Counted from the first letter of the stretch, positions 36,371 through 50,326 are shown. The stretch is DNA of 64,000 nucleotides from Epiperipatus broadwayi (GCA_028023455.1 JAQFVV010000002.1:28954001-29018000), one strand, 5' to 3'. Translations and numbers: made by a program. The notes: generated by a model from the letters alone, not told the origin.

Positions 36371-38301
36371 CTATCTTGATTGGATTCAGCATTAACTCCC
36401 ACAAACCAATAGATATACAAATCGACAACATACAAGGCAAGTAAGGGCCAATAGGGACTGATGCTCACTGAATCCAATTGCTCTCATGATGAAGATAAAT
36501 TTGACCATAAATAGTCAATCCATTTGGACGTAAGACCAGCCAACAATTGTCAAAGTTGCGCGGCAATTTACATGTCATCCATTATACGATTGAGCAATGA
36601 GACAACTGTGCTGCCAGACATAAGGATACAAGACAATCTGTCATAGAGTAACAGGAAGTATCTTCATACCTACTCATGGGGAAAACTGTCACAGTATGTT
36701 TGGAATGGTAGATAAGCTCAGAAGGGTACCTGAAACGCCTTATGGAAATAGTTGTGTCGCAATGAATATTATACCAATTTAGCGGTATTAGATGAGAATA
36801 TAACATTATATATATTGTAAATATGCATTTCTATATTTATTTAATAAATAAAAATTAATCGTATTTCACGAGAATGTGTTTTTATATAAATCATGCAGTA
36901 AATACAAGGATCTCTTTATAACATCGTCAGGCCCTCATTGGTTACAATCATTTAATTAGACACATACATATCAGCAAATCACTTTCAAAAAAAAAAATTC
37001 CATGAATTGAAAGAACTGTCTATTGTGACACAAATAGACTTTTAAAATTAAAAAAAAGGAAGTGATTTAAAAAGTATATACAGTATATGCTTTATGACAA
37101 AAGCACACAGTGGCACTGTTATAGAGTAAGTTTTGCCTGTTTTAATAATAGAAACACTAATAATGCAGAATTTAGTATAAATAGTAAATGAAAGAATATA
37201 CATGGTTATGATATATCAGATAGAATGAAAAGATAATTTACATTTATGACCCAATTCAAATAAAACAAAGATGCCAATTTCAGATAACTTAGGTTTATGA
37301 CCCATCAAGTTTCCATTGCTTTAAGTACATTTGTTTTAGCAAGAAAATGAAACTATTTATAAAAATTGGAATGATATAATGAAATACGTTGTTCTTTAAA
37401 GAATTAAGCAGTAATGAAAAACAAAAAGATCTCTTACAATTACAATATCTTCTGAATTGCCAAGTATTTTAAAAGAAGATGTAAGCTAAAATGGAAGAAG
37501 CTTCAAGAACTTGGGTTAAAATTGTTATTATTTTAAGTGAAACAAATGGGAAAATATAAAAAGAACCAATGAATAGTAGTTATCATTATCTGTTAATTTG
37601 TAACCTGCAAAATAGCATGTGATCCCACTAGCATTCCATGGGAATTAATGTTTGCATCATCAAAACATACACCCATCTGGAAACCAATGGCATTTTATTA
37701 TTGTCAATAATTAATTAGTTATTTATCATCTTGATTAAAAAAGAAAAAAAAAGATTTGATAAATTAATTTATGCTCTAAATAAATTAATTCAAATAAATA
37801 TGATTTAAAACTGATTGCCTTATTGTAATGTTCAAGATTGTATAATCAGTCCGCAAGACTGAAAGGCAAAGCAGGGAGTCTCCTTCTGTATATGCAGAGT
37901 TGACCACATGCCCCATGTTTAAACCCTTACCTGGAATTACTAGCATCAACCATCTAATTAAAACACCTGACATCACATATCTTTCCATCTTCATAGAGCA
38001 TGATGTAGCTCAGGGTTCGAGTATGGATTCTTTCTCCCAGGGTTCTCCATAACATCTGACATTACACCACACTAGTATCCCTTAATCCTTACATGATTTA
38101 TTTATATGACTATTGTTGGGGTGATGTAGAGGTTCAATCACTTTCTACTGTCCAGAGTTAGTATGTGCTTATAAAGTACAAAACCATGGATGCACTAGGT
38201 AGGTTGGTAAATTACTTAATTAATGATATCTATAATATCTAGTTATTAGTTCCAACTCACAATAAAGATGCACAATTAATGAATAAAAATAATATGTTTT
38301 A

Positions 38302-38490
38302 TAATAGTGTTAACAAGGCTGTAAACCTTAGCAATGAGCGTCTGAAAAAATCGTCACTAGGGACCTCTGTAGGTCTTAAAAACACATGCTTACGTAGCGT
38401 AAGCATGTGTTTTTAAGACCTACAGAGGTCCCTAGTGACGATTTTTTCAGACGCTCATTGCTAAGGTATACAGCCTTGTTAAAACTATTA
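38302..38490. mobile_element. Near-perfect palindrome of family 3 sequence (93-bp arms, 3-nt loop)
   Basis: 38302-38394 vs 38398-38490 with 2 mismatches; 17-bp direct repeat TAATATGTTTTATAATA at 38290 and 38535. Confidence 0.9.
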
Positions 38491-38759
38491 CTGAAATAAT
38501 AGTGAGCGTTTAATAAAATTTATATTTACAACTTTAATATGTTTTATAATAAAATTAAAATAATATAGAGAGGATAGCTTACAAATATTATATTGGCTTG
38601 ATCTTCCGGCTTTTATATTGTATTACAGTAGATAGTGGCACCTTAGAATAAGGATATGTGTTTTATATTGTTTAATAGGGAAAGTAAATCAATTTTTTTA
38701 TGAGAAAGAAGTTGAAAAGTGTTAACCATTATCATATTTCTTAATGTTTATCTTTCAAA

Positions 38760-40260
38760 AAATGTAGTAATGGGTTGCAATGCAATAGGATGTCCTACAC
38801 CTTCTCCTTTAGGGAAGTCAGGAATACCTCAGCCACTATGCCCATAAAAACCTTTTAGCCACCTTACCTTCCCTTTCCATTCTCTACCATAAGTTTTCCC
38901 CAATATTCTACACTAACCTGCTCCATCCCATTTTTACAACATCATCTTTGTCCATTCTATCACATTTGTATCTAGATCCCTTTATCGTTTTTTACACACA
39001 TCAGAAAAGCCAGGAACCCACTCTCTGTATAATCACTTTGCTTATATTTTCTCTTCCACAAACTTCATTATTTTACTCTTTCTGCTTGTTATCATTTACA
39101 TTCAATTAGCGGTTGTCTAATATTTTCCATGCCTTCCTTACATAAGTTGCAGACTAAATCACTCATATTTCTATATGTGTGTGTGCATTCCCTTGTTCCT
39201 AATGATCCTGTAAACAATAACATATTTTCTTTGCTATTATCATGACTTAACTTAAACACAATATTTCATTTACTTCTATATATATTTAAACTTATTTAAT
39301 CCAAATACTAGTTCTCTATCTTTTCAATTCCCTATTTTCTATCCCATTCTTTGCCACTATTATTTTCGACAATTCTCCGACATAATCATCTCACCTAAGT
39401 ACAAGAATACTAGCATAAACTCTTTATCCAAATGCTGATGCATGTCACATTGTCTTTTTCAACCATCATCATGCCTATCCTTTACTTGTAACCCAATTAA
39501 ATACTATTTTGGCTTATTATCTTGCTTTCCATAAATTGCAAACTACCAAACATTTTCATTTTGCCTTTTGCAACTCTTATATAAAACATTGACCATCCCA
39601 TTTCATTTTTGAATTGCCTTCTTTAATATCCACACATCTGCATCTATGAATGTCTTCTTACTTCTCTGTGTACTTTTTAAAGTAACCTGATACCCCTTTA
39701 CTAACCCATAATGCATCATTACTATAAGTTAACCCTGCTACTGCCACTCCCTTACACACAATACTTGCTACATCATTTTTATTATATGAAAACACTGTTA
39801 ATTTCTTTATTAATCATTTTCCCCATTCATCCAAGAAATTTCTCTGACTACTTATGATGATTTCCAAATAGTTATAGCTATTCAACACATTTAACTTTAT
39901 ATCTCTTCTCTTTCCTTAGCATTTAACATCATTATTTTTCATTTTTCTTTACTAAATTTAATCCCCAGTTTTTACCCATTCCAGAACACATCTTCACTAT
40001 AGCTTCCATATCTTACCTTCTTTCTGTGCACAAGACAATATCATCATTAAATAAATGTACTGACAATATATACATTCTTTTGCCATCTATTAATAGGATC
40101 TCTACCTATCTTCCTAGTCCTTCTATTGCTCTCACCATTTTTCACAAATATAAAAAAATCAAAATAGGCACCATGGGCATCCTTGCTTTAGTCCTTCCCA
40201 TATTAAACTCTGATTCTATATTTTCTAAATGATACATATAGCAATTATTTTCATAAATTC
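38760..40260 (-). mobile_element. 3-prime portion of the 44.5-50.8 kb LINE family
   Basis: Reverse complement matches 49250-50812. Confidence 0.8.
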
Positions 40261-40264
40261 TGTT

Positions 40265-40625
40265 AATAAGTTGTCCTAAAGCTCCAATAGCAAACTCTTT
40301 ATACAGTAGTGCCTTCTAGTGCAAGCCTTAGTAATCAATGGATGCAGGAAAGTTTATGCATAAAATCCCCATCTATTTCCTACTCATCCAATATTCCCAG
40401 ATTAAATTTCTAGCTTGTGGGCTTCATCAGTGAGAAGCTAGAAACTAGTTTGCAGATATGGGATGATTAAGCATTAGATGGGGATTTTATGCACAAACCT
40501 TCCTGCATACATTGATTACTAGAGTTCGAACTGGGTGGCTCTACTGTATGGAGAGCTTTCTACTGCTAATAATAGCTTATGCAAGAACAGGAAATGGTGA
40601 TCATGTGATCTTTTGGTGGCTTAAT
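40265..40625. mobile_element. Family 1 (subfamily b) fold-back element
   Basis: Antisense arm to 40436, sense arm from 40438; paralog 63000-63335. Confidence 0.85.
40394..40436 (-). ncRNA. Type I hammerhead, family 1b
   Basis: UUCUCA CUGAUGA AGCCCACAAGCUA GAAA U UUA AUC^UGGGAA. Confidence 0.7.
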
Positions 40626-40959
40626 AAAATGATTATAAAATAAAGTATCATCAACTTATGAACATTTAAATTTAAACATTTTAACTTAACAAAATCAATA
40701 GTAAATATATTAGAATGAAAAGATTTCCATCCATGAATACTTTCTTTTATTTTATCTTTTTCAAAAAAAACAAATATCAACATTTGTAACGAATAATTTT
40801 TAAAAAAAAATGAAAAATCAATATAGATAGAGCACGTTAAAGAAAAAATAACAAACACAATAATCTACTTTACTTTAATTTTATAAAACACTTAAACATA
40901 CAAAATATATTGAATCTTCTAACAATAATCGTATACACTATTCCAAAATAAAAGGAATT

Positions 40960-41460
40960 ATTGCAGCACATGTAATGCTATAAATCCTAACAAGCCAAAT
41001 ATGGAAAAAATACTTCCAATAGGAATTTTAAGGCTCTCAAGGTTGACTAAGCGACAAAAATTGGAGCCTAGATTAGTCGATTTTTTCATCAAGGTCAACC
41101 TTGGGGCCTTACCTAAGGCTGCCTTTTTGCACTATCGATGGAGCTATGGTATGGACCTTATTTGTTCAATGTGTAGGAAATGAGAAGAAACAGCATAACA
41201 TAAATTGAAAGAATGTGAAACATGAGTTAATTTGTGCAAGAAAGAGACTTCCTGTGTGGATTTAATTAAGACCTTCAAGAAAGGATTTTTTGGATGGATT
41301 AGACTTGCAATGTTTATTAACTTTAGTATTTGGATTCTCAGGAATAGACTGCTTTTTGAAAAAGGTACGGACATTGATCCATTAAACCTGATTTTGGAAT
41401 CATTACAAGAATTCAAAGATGACAATAAGAAATTCTGCCAGAGATGGTTGACAGACCTAA
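40960..41460 (+). mobile_element. Tx1/L1-clade LINE ORF2 C-terminal (zf-RVT-like) remnant
   Basis: GALPKAAFLHYRWSYGMDLICSMCRK*EETA*HKLKEC followed by FSIWILRNRLLFEK. Confidence 0.7.
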
Positions 41461-42439
41461 CATGATCATTAATAAGTTTAAGTCAATGATAAATACCAGA
41501 AGTAGTTAAGTAATAAAACTGCACATGGAAATAGTATAACATGGATTTAGTAATAAAACTTAAGTAAGTGATTTACTCTACTAACTGAACTATTACATGA
41601 AGATTGGTGCTATTAAAGTGGGAAATAAAATGCAGACAAGGAAAGATGTACAATTGGTAAATAATATTACTGAGCAAAAAATTTGGTTTAATTTTTTTTT
41701 GTCGTTTGTTGTATAATTACACTTTTTATTAGTTGTCTTCTATTTATTGCAGAGTAGTTTCTTTTTAAATGTTATAGTGCTTGTTAAATAAAATATTGAG
41801 AGAAATGTTGTGGTTTGAAGTTACTCAGATGTAGCAAATAGGTTACATCTATGATTTGGTCTTGACGAATTGAACAGCTATGTTATAAGTGGAAGTAAAA
41901 GTTCAATTTTGATAAGTTTAAAACAGATTATGTATTAATTGAAATTTGTTCATCTAGAAAGAGGAAGATTGTAAGGATACAAAATTAATTGAATTGTATA
42001 TAATAAAATTTAGTCTAGACAGTTGATATGACCCATAGAAGGAATACTGAATTTAATATGTTATTAACAGAGAAAACTGTAATGTTAAAAATGTAATGTA
42101 ATGGAAATACTCAATGTTACTTTTATGTAATTCCATGATTATGCTATGTATTATGATTGAAATTTTGTAATTGATATGTATATTTTGCAAATCCGTTTTA
42201 GGTGTGAATAAACGTTCAATTTTGAAAGTAAATGTAAGGAATGTAAAACTTTATTTCTTATAAGAAAAAAAATATTTAACATTTTCTAAATAAAAAGAAA
42301 TTCATTAATATTTTGTAATATACCAACAAATTGATATATTTTTCAATATCTAAATTACCAAAAACACAGTCATCCTCTAAAGCAAAAGTTAGTGTATTAA
42401 AAGTTTAAAAAAAAATCGATACAAAATTAACCAAAACTG

Positions 42440-43620
42440 ATATAATTTTTAAAAATTTATTTAAAATTTTGAAATTTTACCCACAATTCCCTCATATAAA
42501 ATTTCTGCATTGTTGTTCTGTTAAGAGTCCAAGTTTGAATTTCATAAGTAAGAACTGATAAAATAAGTTTATTGAAACCTTTTTTTTTCAAACACCTAGG
42601 CATATTTCCTTTTAATTTTATGGTTAACTTCATCCATTGTTTTCCTCTTAGACTATTTGTAATTGTTAAATTTTTGTAATTTATGACCATCGATATTTAT
42701 TTTCTTCTTCTGAGAATATCTGTTGAACATTATGTTGATTTTTTTAGCTTTAAAACAGGAAAAACTCTCCATAAAGCAATGCCACTTAGTACCAGCCAGA
42801 GTAATCAATGGATTCCAAAAGGCTTGTGTATAAAATCTCTATCTAATGCCTACTCATCTAATATACGAAGCCTAGTTTTAATAAAAGTTATGAGCAAGCA
42901 TAAGAATTGGTGATCATGTGATTTTTAGCATCTTTTTAATCCCACATTCTTACTTTTATCTGATCAATCCTACAACATTTCCTAATTCCCTTAACAACTA
43001 TTTGTAAAAACAATGACATCCTATGTAAAAGACTAGCTGTCTTAAGTAATGTCCATTTACTTTTATCCCCTCACCTTTCCAATTTAAATCACAAGATTAT
43101 TTCTTGTAATACATACTTACAAACCATGTTGAGGAAATGGAGTTACCCTACCACACTTCCTCAAAGTATTGACTTTTTTCTGTATCACCATGCAATATAA
43201 CTATGGTAACATTCTGATAAATAATATATAGAATATGGCAATGGTCTATAATGGTCATAGAAATACTTAATGAACCAAATACCTTTTCATAATTGATAAA
43301 TCCTAAATATAATGTTAATACAAGTGGTTGATTTTAACTGTAGTTTTCCATTTCTGGATATGATCTATTTTGGTAAAATCAATTTTAAATCCAGCTTGTT
43401 CGTTCAATTGATTAGAATCTAAAACTTACTGTAAAAAAGTTGTAATAATCTTGGTAAAGATTTTGTATATAATTAATAGAAGGGAGATAGGTCTCTAATT
43501 TTCAATATATTTATGGACTTTTTTAAATATTAATATTACTACAGCAATCTTACAATCATGTGGTATATTTTTATCATTTAGATATTTAGTATATATAATT
43601 TGGACATTTTTTTTAAATTT
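42440..43620 (-). mobile_element. RTE-clade LINE fragments with a family 1 remnant at 42755-42925
   Basis: LILSVLTYEIQTWTLN; EQAGFKIDF; family 1 arms in between. Confidence 0.75.
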
Positions 43621-44039
43621 TTTGCGTAACATATCTATTATACTTTCATAAGTTCTTTCAGTTTTTCCTTACTTCATAGATTTAATTCCATATCCCAAAC
43701 CTTCATTTATGAGATTTGGCAATTCCAAGAATATAGTAATTGTATGAGACACTTTTTTTTCACAATTTTTTTTCACAAAATAATTCTTTATAAAACTATT
43801 CAAAATATCATCCCTTTTATTTAGTAATAGTTTCATCTTTTTCTTTTATATAACTGAAGTAACTTTTATTTCAACATGAAGATGTAGTCTTACACTTTTG
43901 GGATTTAAACTTTTTTATATCTGTCATTGCAAATTCATAACCTATACATTGTAAATCCATTGTATAGAGCGTTTAAATAAATTGAAACAATCCACTTATA
44001 TTCTTTTCACTTGGCATCTATTTTTACCTCTCTATTTGC

Positions 44040-44505
44040 TCTACAGATGAACAGGCTAATAAAAAAAGTGTACTAATTTGAATTCAATCAACTATAAGAT
44101 TACCAAACTCTACATACAGTAGTGGTTCCATGTGCAAGCCTTGAAGCAGGAACGTTTGTGCATAAAATCCCTATCTAATACCTACTAATCAAACATCCCC
44201 AGACTAGTTTCTAGTTTGTGGATGTTATTAGTGAGGTGCCTTGGATTTGACAGCACTGCATCTAGAGCTTAAAATCTAATGCAATCCTCCAGAAGCCACC
44301 TTTTATTTATTTGGTTAACCATAAAGCTAAAATCCCAAGATGAAAACATCATAATGTTTCGAAGCCAAGTTCATTCTAGTCACAAGCTAGAAACTAATGT
44401 GAGGATGCTGGATGAGTAGGCACTAGATAAGGAGTTTATGCACAAACCTTTCTGTATTCCTTTGATCACAAAGTCTTCCACTTGTTGGCATTACTGAATG
44501 GTGAG
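44040..44505. mobile_element. Family 1 fold-back element, right arm interrupted by the long LINE
   Basis: Paralog of 27985-28420; arm resumes at 50813. Confidence 0.8.
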
Positions 44506-45002
44506 TTTGCTAGTCTGAAGCTGTGAGGATATGATTATTCTGTGCTAAAAGCTAAGTGTAATCTTTTTTCCTTCTTATGAGATTAATCATCTGAGATCAT
44601 CAATATAAAGACTGTTTTCCAGTGGTATGAAAGTGGGGAGTAAACTGTGATTAAGAGAAATAGATTTAATTGAATTTGGAAAGATCGGGAATTGTTAACA
44701 TTTAGAAAGTGTTTTGTTCAAGTTTTTAAAAAAATAATATTGTTGGGCGTGTGTTAATGTGAGGGTATTTTATAATTAATTTCTATATATTAGTTGTTTT
44801 TATTAAGTTTTCTATTAACAGTTTTTTTTTTTAATTTAAGAACAGTGATTTCTTGGAGAAAAAAGATAATGTTTTGGAGATCTGAGGTCAGACAACACGT
44901 GGTACTTGATTGATCGGTTTTAAAAGAGAGTAAAGTTTTTATTGTTCTGTGGAAAGTGGTTTGAAGAGTAGGCAAGAAAGTATAAAGTCAAAGATAGAAT
45001 AG

Positions 45003-45897
45003 GTGACTTGGAAAGTAAGCAATACGGATTGCATTTTAATTCCACAATGCATATATAATTATCAGAAAGAAATGAAGTGTTTTATGGTAGAGTGTACCGT
45101 ATGTAAAGAGGTTTATCACTTGAAATGTTTAAATAGGACTAGGAAGAATATAACAGGTTTATGGTTATGTAGACAGGGTGTAAAAGTGACAAAAGAGGGA
45201 AAAAGTGCTTTCTAAGTGAAGATACTCTAAAGAGAAAGTTAGAAGAAATAGAGCAAAATGTAATTGAACAAGATAGGATAGAGTATGGTTTTAGTGGAGT
45301 CGGGAGATATGAGTGCAAAAAATAGTAGTGAAATAGAGATGATTAGACAAAGAATAAGTAAGATAGAGAAAATGGTAAAGGATGTAAAACGAAAATTTAA
45401 AATCGTTAGAGATGAAGTGTGAGCAGATAAAGGAATTATTAAGTAAGAATGATAAGGAAGTAGTAGATAAAAAAGTCCAGAAAGTGGTTGACAAAGTTAT
45501 AAATGAAGTGGACAAAGAAGACTATGAGACAGTATTGATAGGAGATTCACTAATTAGAAAATGTGGAGATATAATTGCAAGTGAAAATAGAAACAGCTAT
45601 GTAAGAGTATATTTACCCAGAGCTAAAATTAAAAATATTATAGATAAAACAAAGAAGCAAAGGAATAGAGATGTGAATGTTATGGTAAGGACCAATAATT
45701 TGTTAGAGTCATCAGAAAGAAAAATGGATGAGTACATAGAAATAATCAGAAATTTGGGTAAGATTAAAGAAAGAGTAGGAGTAGTTGGATTATTACCAAA
45801 ATTTTCCAAAAGATATATATTAGATAGGGCATGTTCTATAAATAAGAGATTGAAAAAATTGTGTAAGAGAAGTGATGTTAGGTTTGTGGGTGTGTAA
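45003..45897 (+). pseudogene. LINE ORF1 remnant: PHD finger, coiled coil, SGNH esterase
   Basis: VECTVCKEVYHLKCL..WLCR; VLIGDSLIR; VMVRTNNL; VVGLLPKF..INKRLKKLC. Confidence 0.8.
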
Positions 45898-47409
45898 GAT
45901 TTTTTATTGGAAAGAAGGAGTTACATTGTAAAAATGGATTGCACTTAGGAAAACAAGAAAGTGAAGTTTTAGGGAGTCTGATTTATAAAAACTATAGTTT
46001 GGGAAACTTATAAAGGGGTGGGGATGGGGATTGGGTGGAATGTAACAAATAAACAAAGGATAGCTCATTCAGATATAAATGTAGATGTGGAGAGGGAATA
46101 TGTCTGTAATTAATGGTAAGCAAGTTATTTATAAATGTAATGGCAAAGAAAAAGTCAAAAGAATTTATAAAAGAGTAGTTAAAAAAGAAAAAAATTGTTA
46201 AAATTGGGTGGTTGAATATTCAAGGTGGTAGGGGACCAGAAAGGTGGCTGGAGTTAAACAATGCAATTAAAAATGAGCTTGAGGTATTACCAGTAGTGGA
46301 AACCCATCTAAGAGAAGAAAAATAACCTATTCTGGAAAACTTTGTATATCAAGGTATAAATAGAAAAGAAAAAGAAAAGAGAGGTGGTGGTATAGGAGTT
46401 ATGTCAAAATAATATTTAAATACTGTTAAATGACAAGAACATTTGTGGTTTGAGATAAGATCAGGAAAACAAGAATGAATGGTGGCTATAGTGTATATAG
46501 CTATTGGAGATCGTCAAACTATAATGGAGTGGAACTGTAGAATATATGAATGCCTAGTTAAGGATATACAGAGTTTCAAAAAAAGGGAGAAGAAAATCAT
46601 GGTTATAGTGGATATGAATGGGCATATTGAATAAAGTGATGATGTAGATAATAAGAATGGACAGCTTTTAAAGAATTTTTGTCATAGAGTGAATTTGAGT
46701 ATTGGAAATATATCAGATATTAATGAGGGACAATACACATGGTCTAGAAATAATATATTTCACACAATAGATTATATATTAGTAGAGAAAGAGGAAATGA
46801 AGAAAGTATGGAAAATTAAAGTGTTTGATAATGAAGGGTGTGTGTATAATCGTGATAATAACTTCTTTAAAAAGAAATGGTTTGTAATGTGATTGAAAAT
46901 AGAAATAAAAGTGGAAATGATAGTGAAAAATGTGGATGGAGAATTAATGATAAAAGTAAGCTGGTAGAGTATAAAATACAAGTTGAAAAACCCATGGAAG
47001 GGTTAGTTGGGGATGAGAATAAAAGCTGGTGTGGTAAAATAGAGAAAGTGTCACATAGGGTTTTAGGTGAGAATATTCAGAAGAATAAAATAATAAAAAT
47101 GTGAGAGTTAGTAAAAATGTAAAAGAGAGGGGGGAAGCATACAGAGAATATAAGTTTGCTATTAAGAATAAAGAAGGGGGAAAAGATGTTAATGTTAAAT
47201 GGGAAAAGTACTTAGAAAAAAGAATTTGAACCACTAAACATCACATCATCAACATCACATCATCACCATCTCTTGTACTAGCACATAATTGTTATTAAAC
47301 AAGGCAAAACTTTCTCCATATGTAGTGCCACCCTGTGCCAACCAGAGTAATCAATGGATGCCAGAGAGCTCATGCATAAAATACCTATCTAGTGCCTACT
47401 CATCCAATA

Positions 47410-47451
47410 TCCGCAGACTAGATTCTGGCTTGTGGCCATCGTCAGTGAGGA
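47410..47451 (-). ncRNA. Family 1 hammerhead with perfect UGGC/GCCA helix II but GAAU defect
   Basis: UCCUCA CUGACGA UGGC CACAA GCCA GAAU CUAGUC UGCGGA. Confidence 0.65.
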
Positions 47452-47815
47452 GCCTTGGAACTGAGAGCACTCCACCTAGATCTTTAAATCTAATGCAACC
47501 CTCCAACAGCCACCTTTATCTCTACTTAACTACAAAACTATAAGAATAAAATTGAAAACACAATGCTATTTTAAATCTAAGCTCAATCACTTATATAATC
47601 ATATAGGTCTGAACTCAGTTCAGCATCCATATATTTGGTGCCTTTGGCTCTTTAACAACCATAGCCACCACTATCCTATTAGGTAAGATTGGTGTTAAAC
47701 CCCTAAACATAATATGATCACCATCTCTTATACTAGCACATAATTGTTATTAAACAAGGCAAAACTCTCTCCATTAGATCCTAAGATCTAGGTGCAGTGC
47801 TCTCAGATCCAAGGC

Positions 47816-47857
47816 TCCTCACTGATGAAGGCCACATGGCAGAAACTAGTCTGGGGA
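47816..47857 (+). ncRNA. Type I hammerhead, family 1 (core intact)
   Basis: UCCUCA CUGAUGA AG-GCC ACAU GGC-A GAAACUAGUC^UGGGGA. Confidence 0.75.
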
Positions 47858-48233
47858 TATTGGATGAGTAGGCACTAGATAGGGATTATATGTACAATCC
47901 TTCTGGCATCCACTGATTACTCTGGTTAGACCAGGGTGACACTACTCTATGGAGAGTGCTAGTATAAGAGATGATGATCATGTGATGTTCAGTGGTTTGA
48001 CACCAAATCCTGCCTAATAGGATAGTGGTGGCTATGGTTGTTAAAGAGCCAAAAGCACTAAAACATATATGTGCTGAACTGAGTCAGACCTATATGACTA
48101 ATAAGCTATTGAGCTTAGATTTGTGTTTTCAATTTCATTCTCATAGTTTTGTAGTTAAGTAGAGATAAACAGTGGCTGCTGGAGGGTTGGATTAGATCTT
48201 AAGGTCAAGGTGCAGTGCTCTCAGATCCAAGGA

Positions 48234-48275
48234 TCCTCACTGACGAAGGCCACAAGCCAGAAACTAGTTTGGGGA
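48234..48275 (+). ncRNA. Type I hammerhead, family 1 (GUU triplet)
   Basis: UCCUCA CUGACGA AGGCCACAAGCCA GAAACUAGUU^UGGGGA. Confidence 0.75.
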
Positions 48276-50264
48276 TATTGGATGAGTAGGCACTAGATAG
48301 GGATTTTATGCACAAGCCTTATGGTATCCATTGATTAATGTGGTTGGCACAGGCATCACTACTGTATTTTTGCCTTGTTTAAGTTGGCTAAAATAGATAA
48401 TTATAGAGAGAGAAAGAAATTAGATAGTAAATTGTTGGAGGATATTAATTGTTGTAGGATATTAATAAAAGTGGAAGAGATGGGAATAAAAAAATTTGGA
48501 AATACATTAAAGAAAAAATGTAGGTGAGAAAGAGATAGTATTACTAGATGATGAAGGAGTAGAGAGTAGCTCTAGAAAGAATTGGATATTATATTAAATA
48601 AGTATGTAATTGGTACAGAAAACATGTTAGATGTGAAGGACCGTGTAATAGCAAAAATAAAAGCATATAGTAATGGGAATATTAGGTTTACAGAAAATGA
48701 ACTGAATGAGGCAGGGAAAAAAGTGGAAAGGCAAGAGGTTTAGATGGATGGGCAACAGAGATGGTAATGAATTTAAGGTGTAAGGCAAAAGTGAAAGTGT
48801 TATCATGTTTTATAAGATGCCCCAGAAGAGAGATTTTCTGGGTAGTTCGAGTAATACAAGAGTAAGGCTACAAATTAAATGAAAAGGGAAGGATAATAGA
48901 AATTTAAACAATTATGGATTGATAGTAGTAACATCAGTTTTATATAAAAAAAAATTTCATATACGGTGGCTGGAAGGGTTGTAAAATGGACGGAAGAGAA
49001 TAATTAAGTAGAAAAAATGCAAGAAGATTTTTGATTGGTTAGGCATATAGCAGATTGTTTATTTGTAGTTACACAATTTATGGATATGAGTAGGTATACA
49101 GGTAGACAGTTATATATGGCTTTTATAGATATAGAGAAGGTATATGATAGAGGAAATAGAAATACATTATGGGTAAGTTTGATAAATTTGGGAATTGATG
49201 GAGCTTTAGTGGATATTATTAAGAAATTATATGAAAATAATTACTATAAGTATCAATTAGGAAATATAAAATCTAACTAAGTTACAAATGGAAAGATACT
49301 AAGGCAAGGGATGCCCTATGTCACCTATTCGTTTTTGTTGTATTTGAGAAAAATGGAGAGAGCAATAGAAAGATTAGGTAAGAGCGATAGAAATACCATT
49401 AATAGGTGGTATGGGAGTATATAGATTATCGAGTTTTTTATTTGCAGATGACATCTCTTGTGCACAAAAAGAAGGAAATATGTCGAAGTTATGTTGAGAA
49501 CATGCACAAGGGTTGATAAAAAGATGGGGTTTAAGTTTAAGAAATATAAAAAGTAATGATGATTAATACTGGGGAAAGGGAAGACAAAGAATTTTTACTG
49601 GGGGATATAAAGTTAAGTGTGGTGAATAGATATAACTATTTGGAAATCATCTTAGGAATCAGAAAAATTGCTTGGATGAATGGAAGAAAAAATTGATAAA
49701 TGAAGCAAAGAAAAGAAAGGAATTGATAAAGAAATTAACAGTGTTTTCATATAATAAATATGACATAGCTAGAATGGTATGGGAGTGGCAGTAGAAAAGT
49801 TAACATATGGATATGATGTGTTATATGTTAGTAAATAAATATTAGATTACTTTAAAAAAGTACAAAGATAAGGAGGAAGACATGCATTAGGTGCACATGT
49901 GTGGATGGCAAATAGGCAATTCAAGGAGAAATGGATTGTCAAGTTGTCAAGTTTTTATGAGATGCAAAAAGCAAAATGAAAATCTTTGGTAGATTGCAGT
50001 TGGTGGATGATAAAAGAATAGCCAAAATAGTATTTAATGGGCATACGAATAAACAGCAGGTAACAAGATGCAGGATGAAGGTAACATAGTCTGCAGAAGA
50101 TTTGGATAAAGAATTGTTGTCAGTATACTTGTACAAAGTGTGAGATGATTGCGTTAGAAGAATTATTGAGTGTTATAGTGGTAAGAAAGGGCTAGAAGAA
50201 TAGATGCATTAATAAAGAATAAGAAAATGAAAAGATGAAGAACTACTATGGAGAGTAAAAGGAG

Positions 50265-50268
<4 letters not shown>

Positions 50269-50324
<56 letters not shown>
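50269..50324. repeat. (TA)n microsatellite within the LINE
   Basis: Direct observation. Confidence 0.97.

Positions 50325-50326
<2 letters not shown>

Larger units (their letters stand above)
36371..42600. repeat. Segmental duplicate of ~56780-64000 (blocks X-Y)
   Basis: Colinear core, RTE, 37830/59330 RT remnant, LINE 3-prime, family 1 element, AT-rich tail and 42235-42590/63645-64000. Confidence 0.85.
47230..48385. mobile_element. Family 1 long fold-back inserted in LINE ORF2; three hammerheads
   Basis: Antisense ~1.1 units 47230-47768, sense ~1.3 units 47770-48385. Confidence 0.9.
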
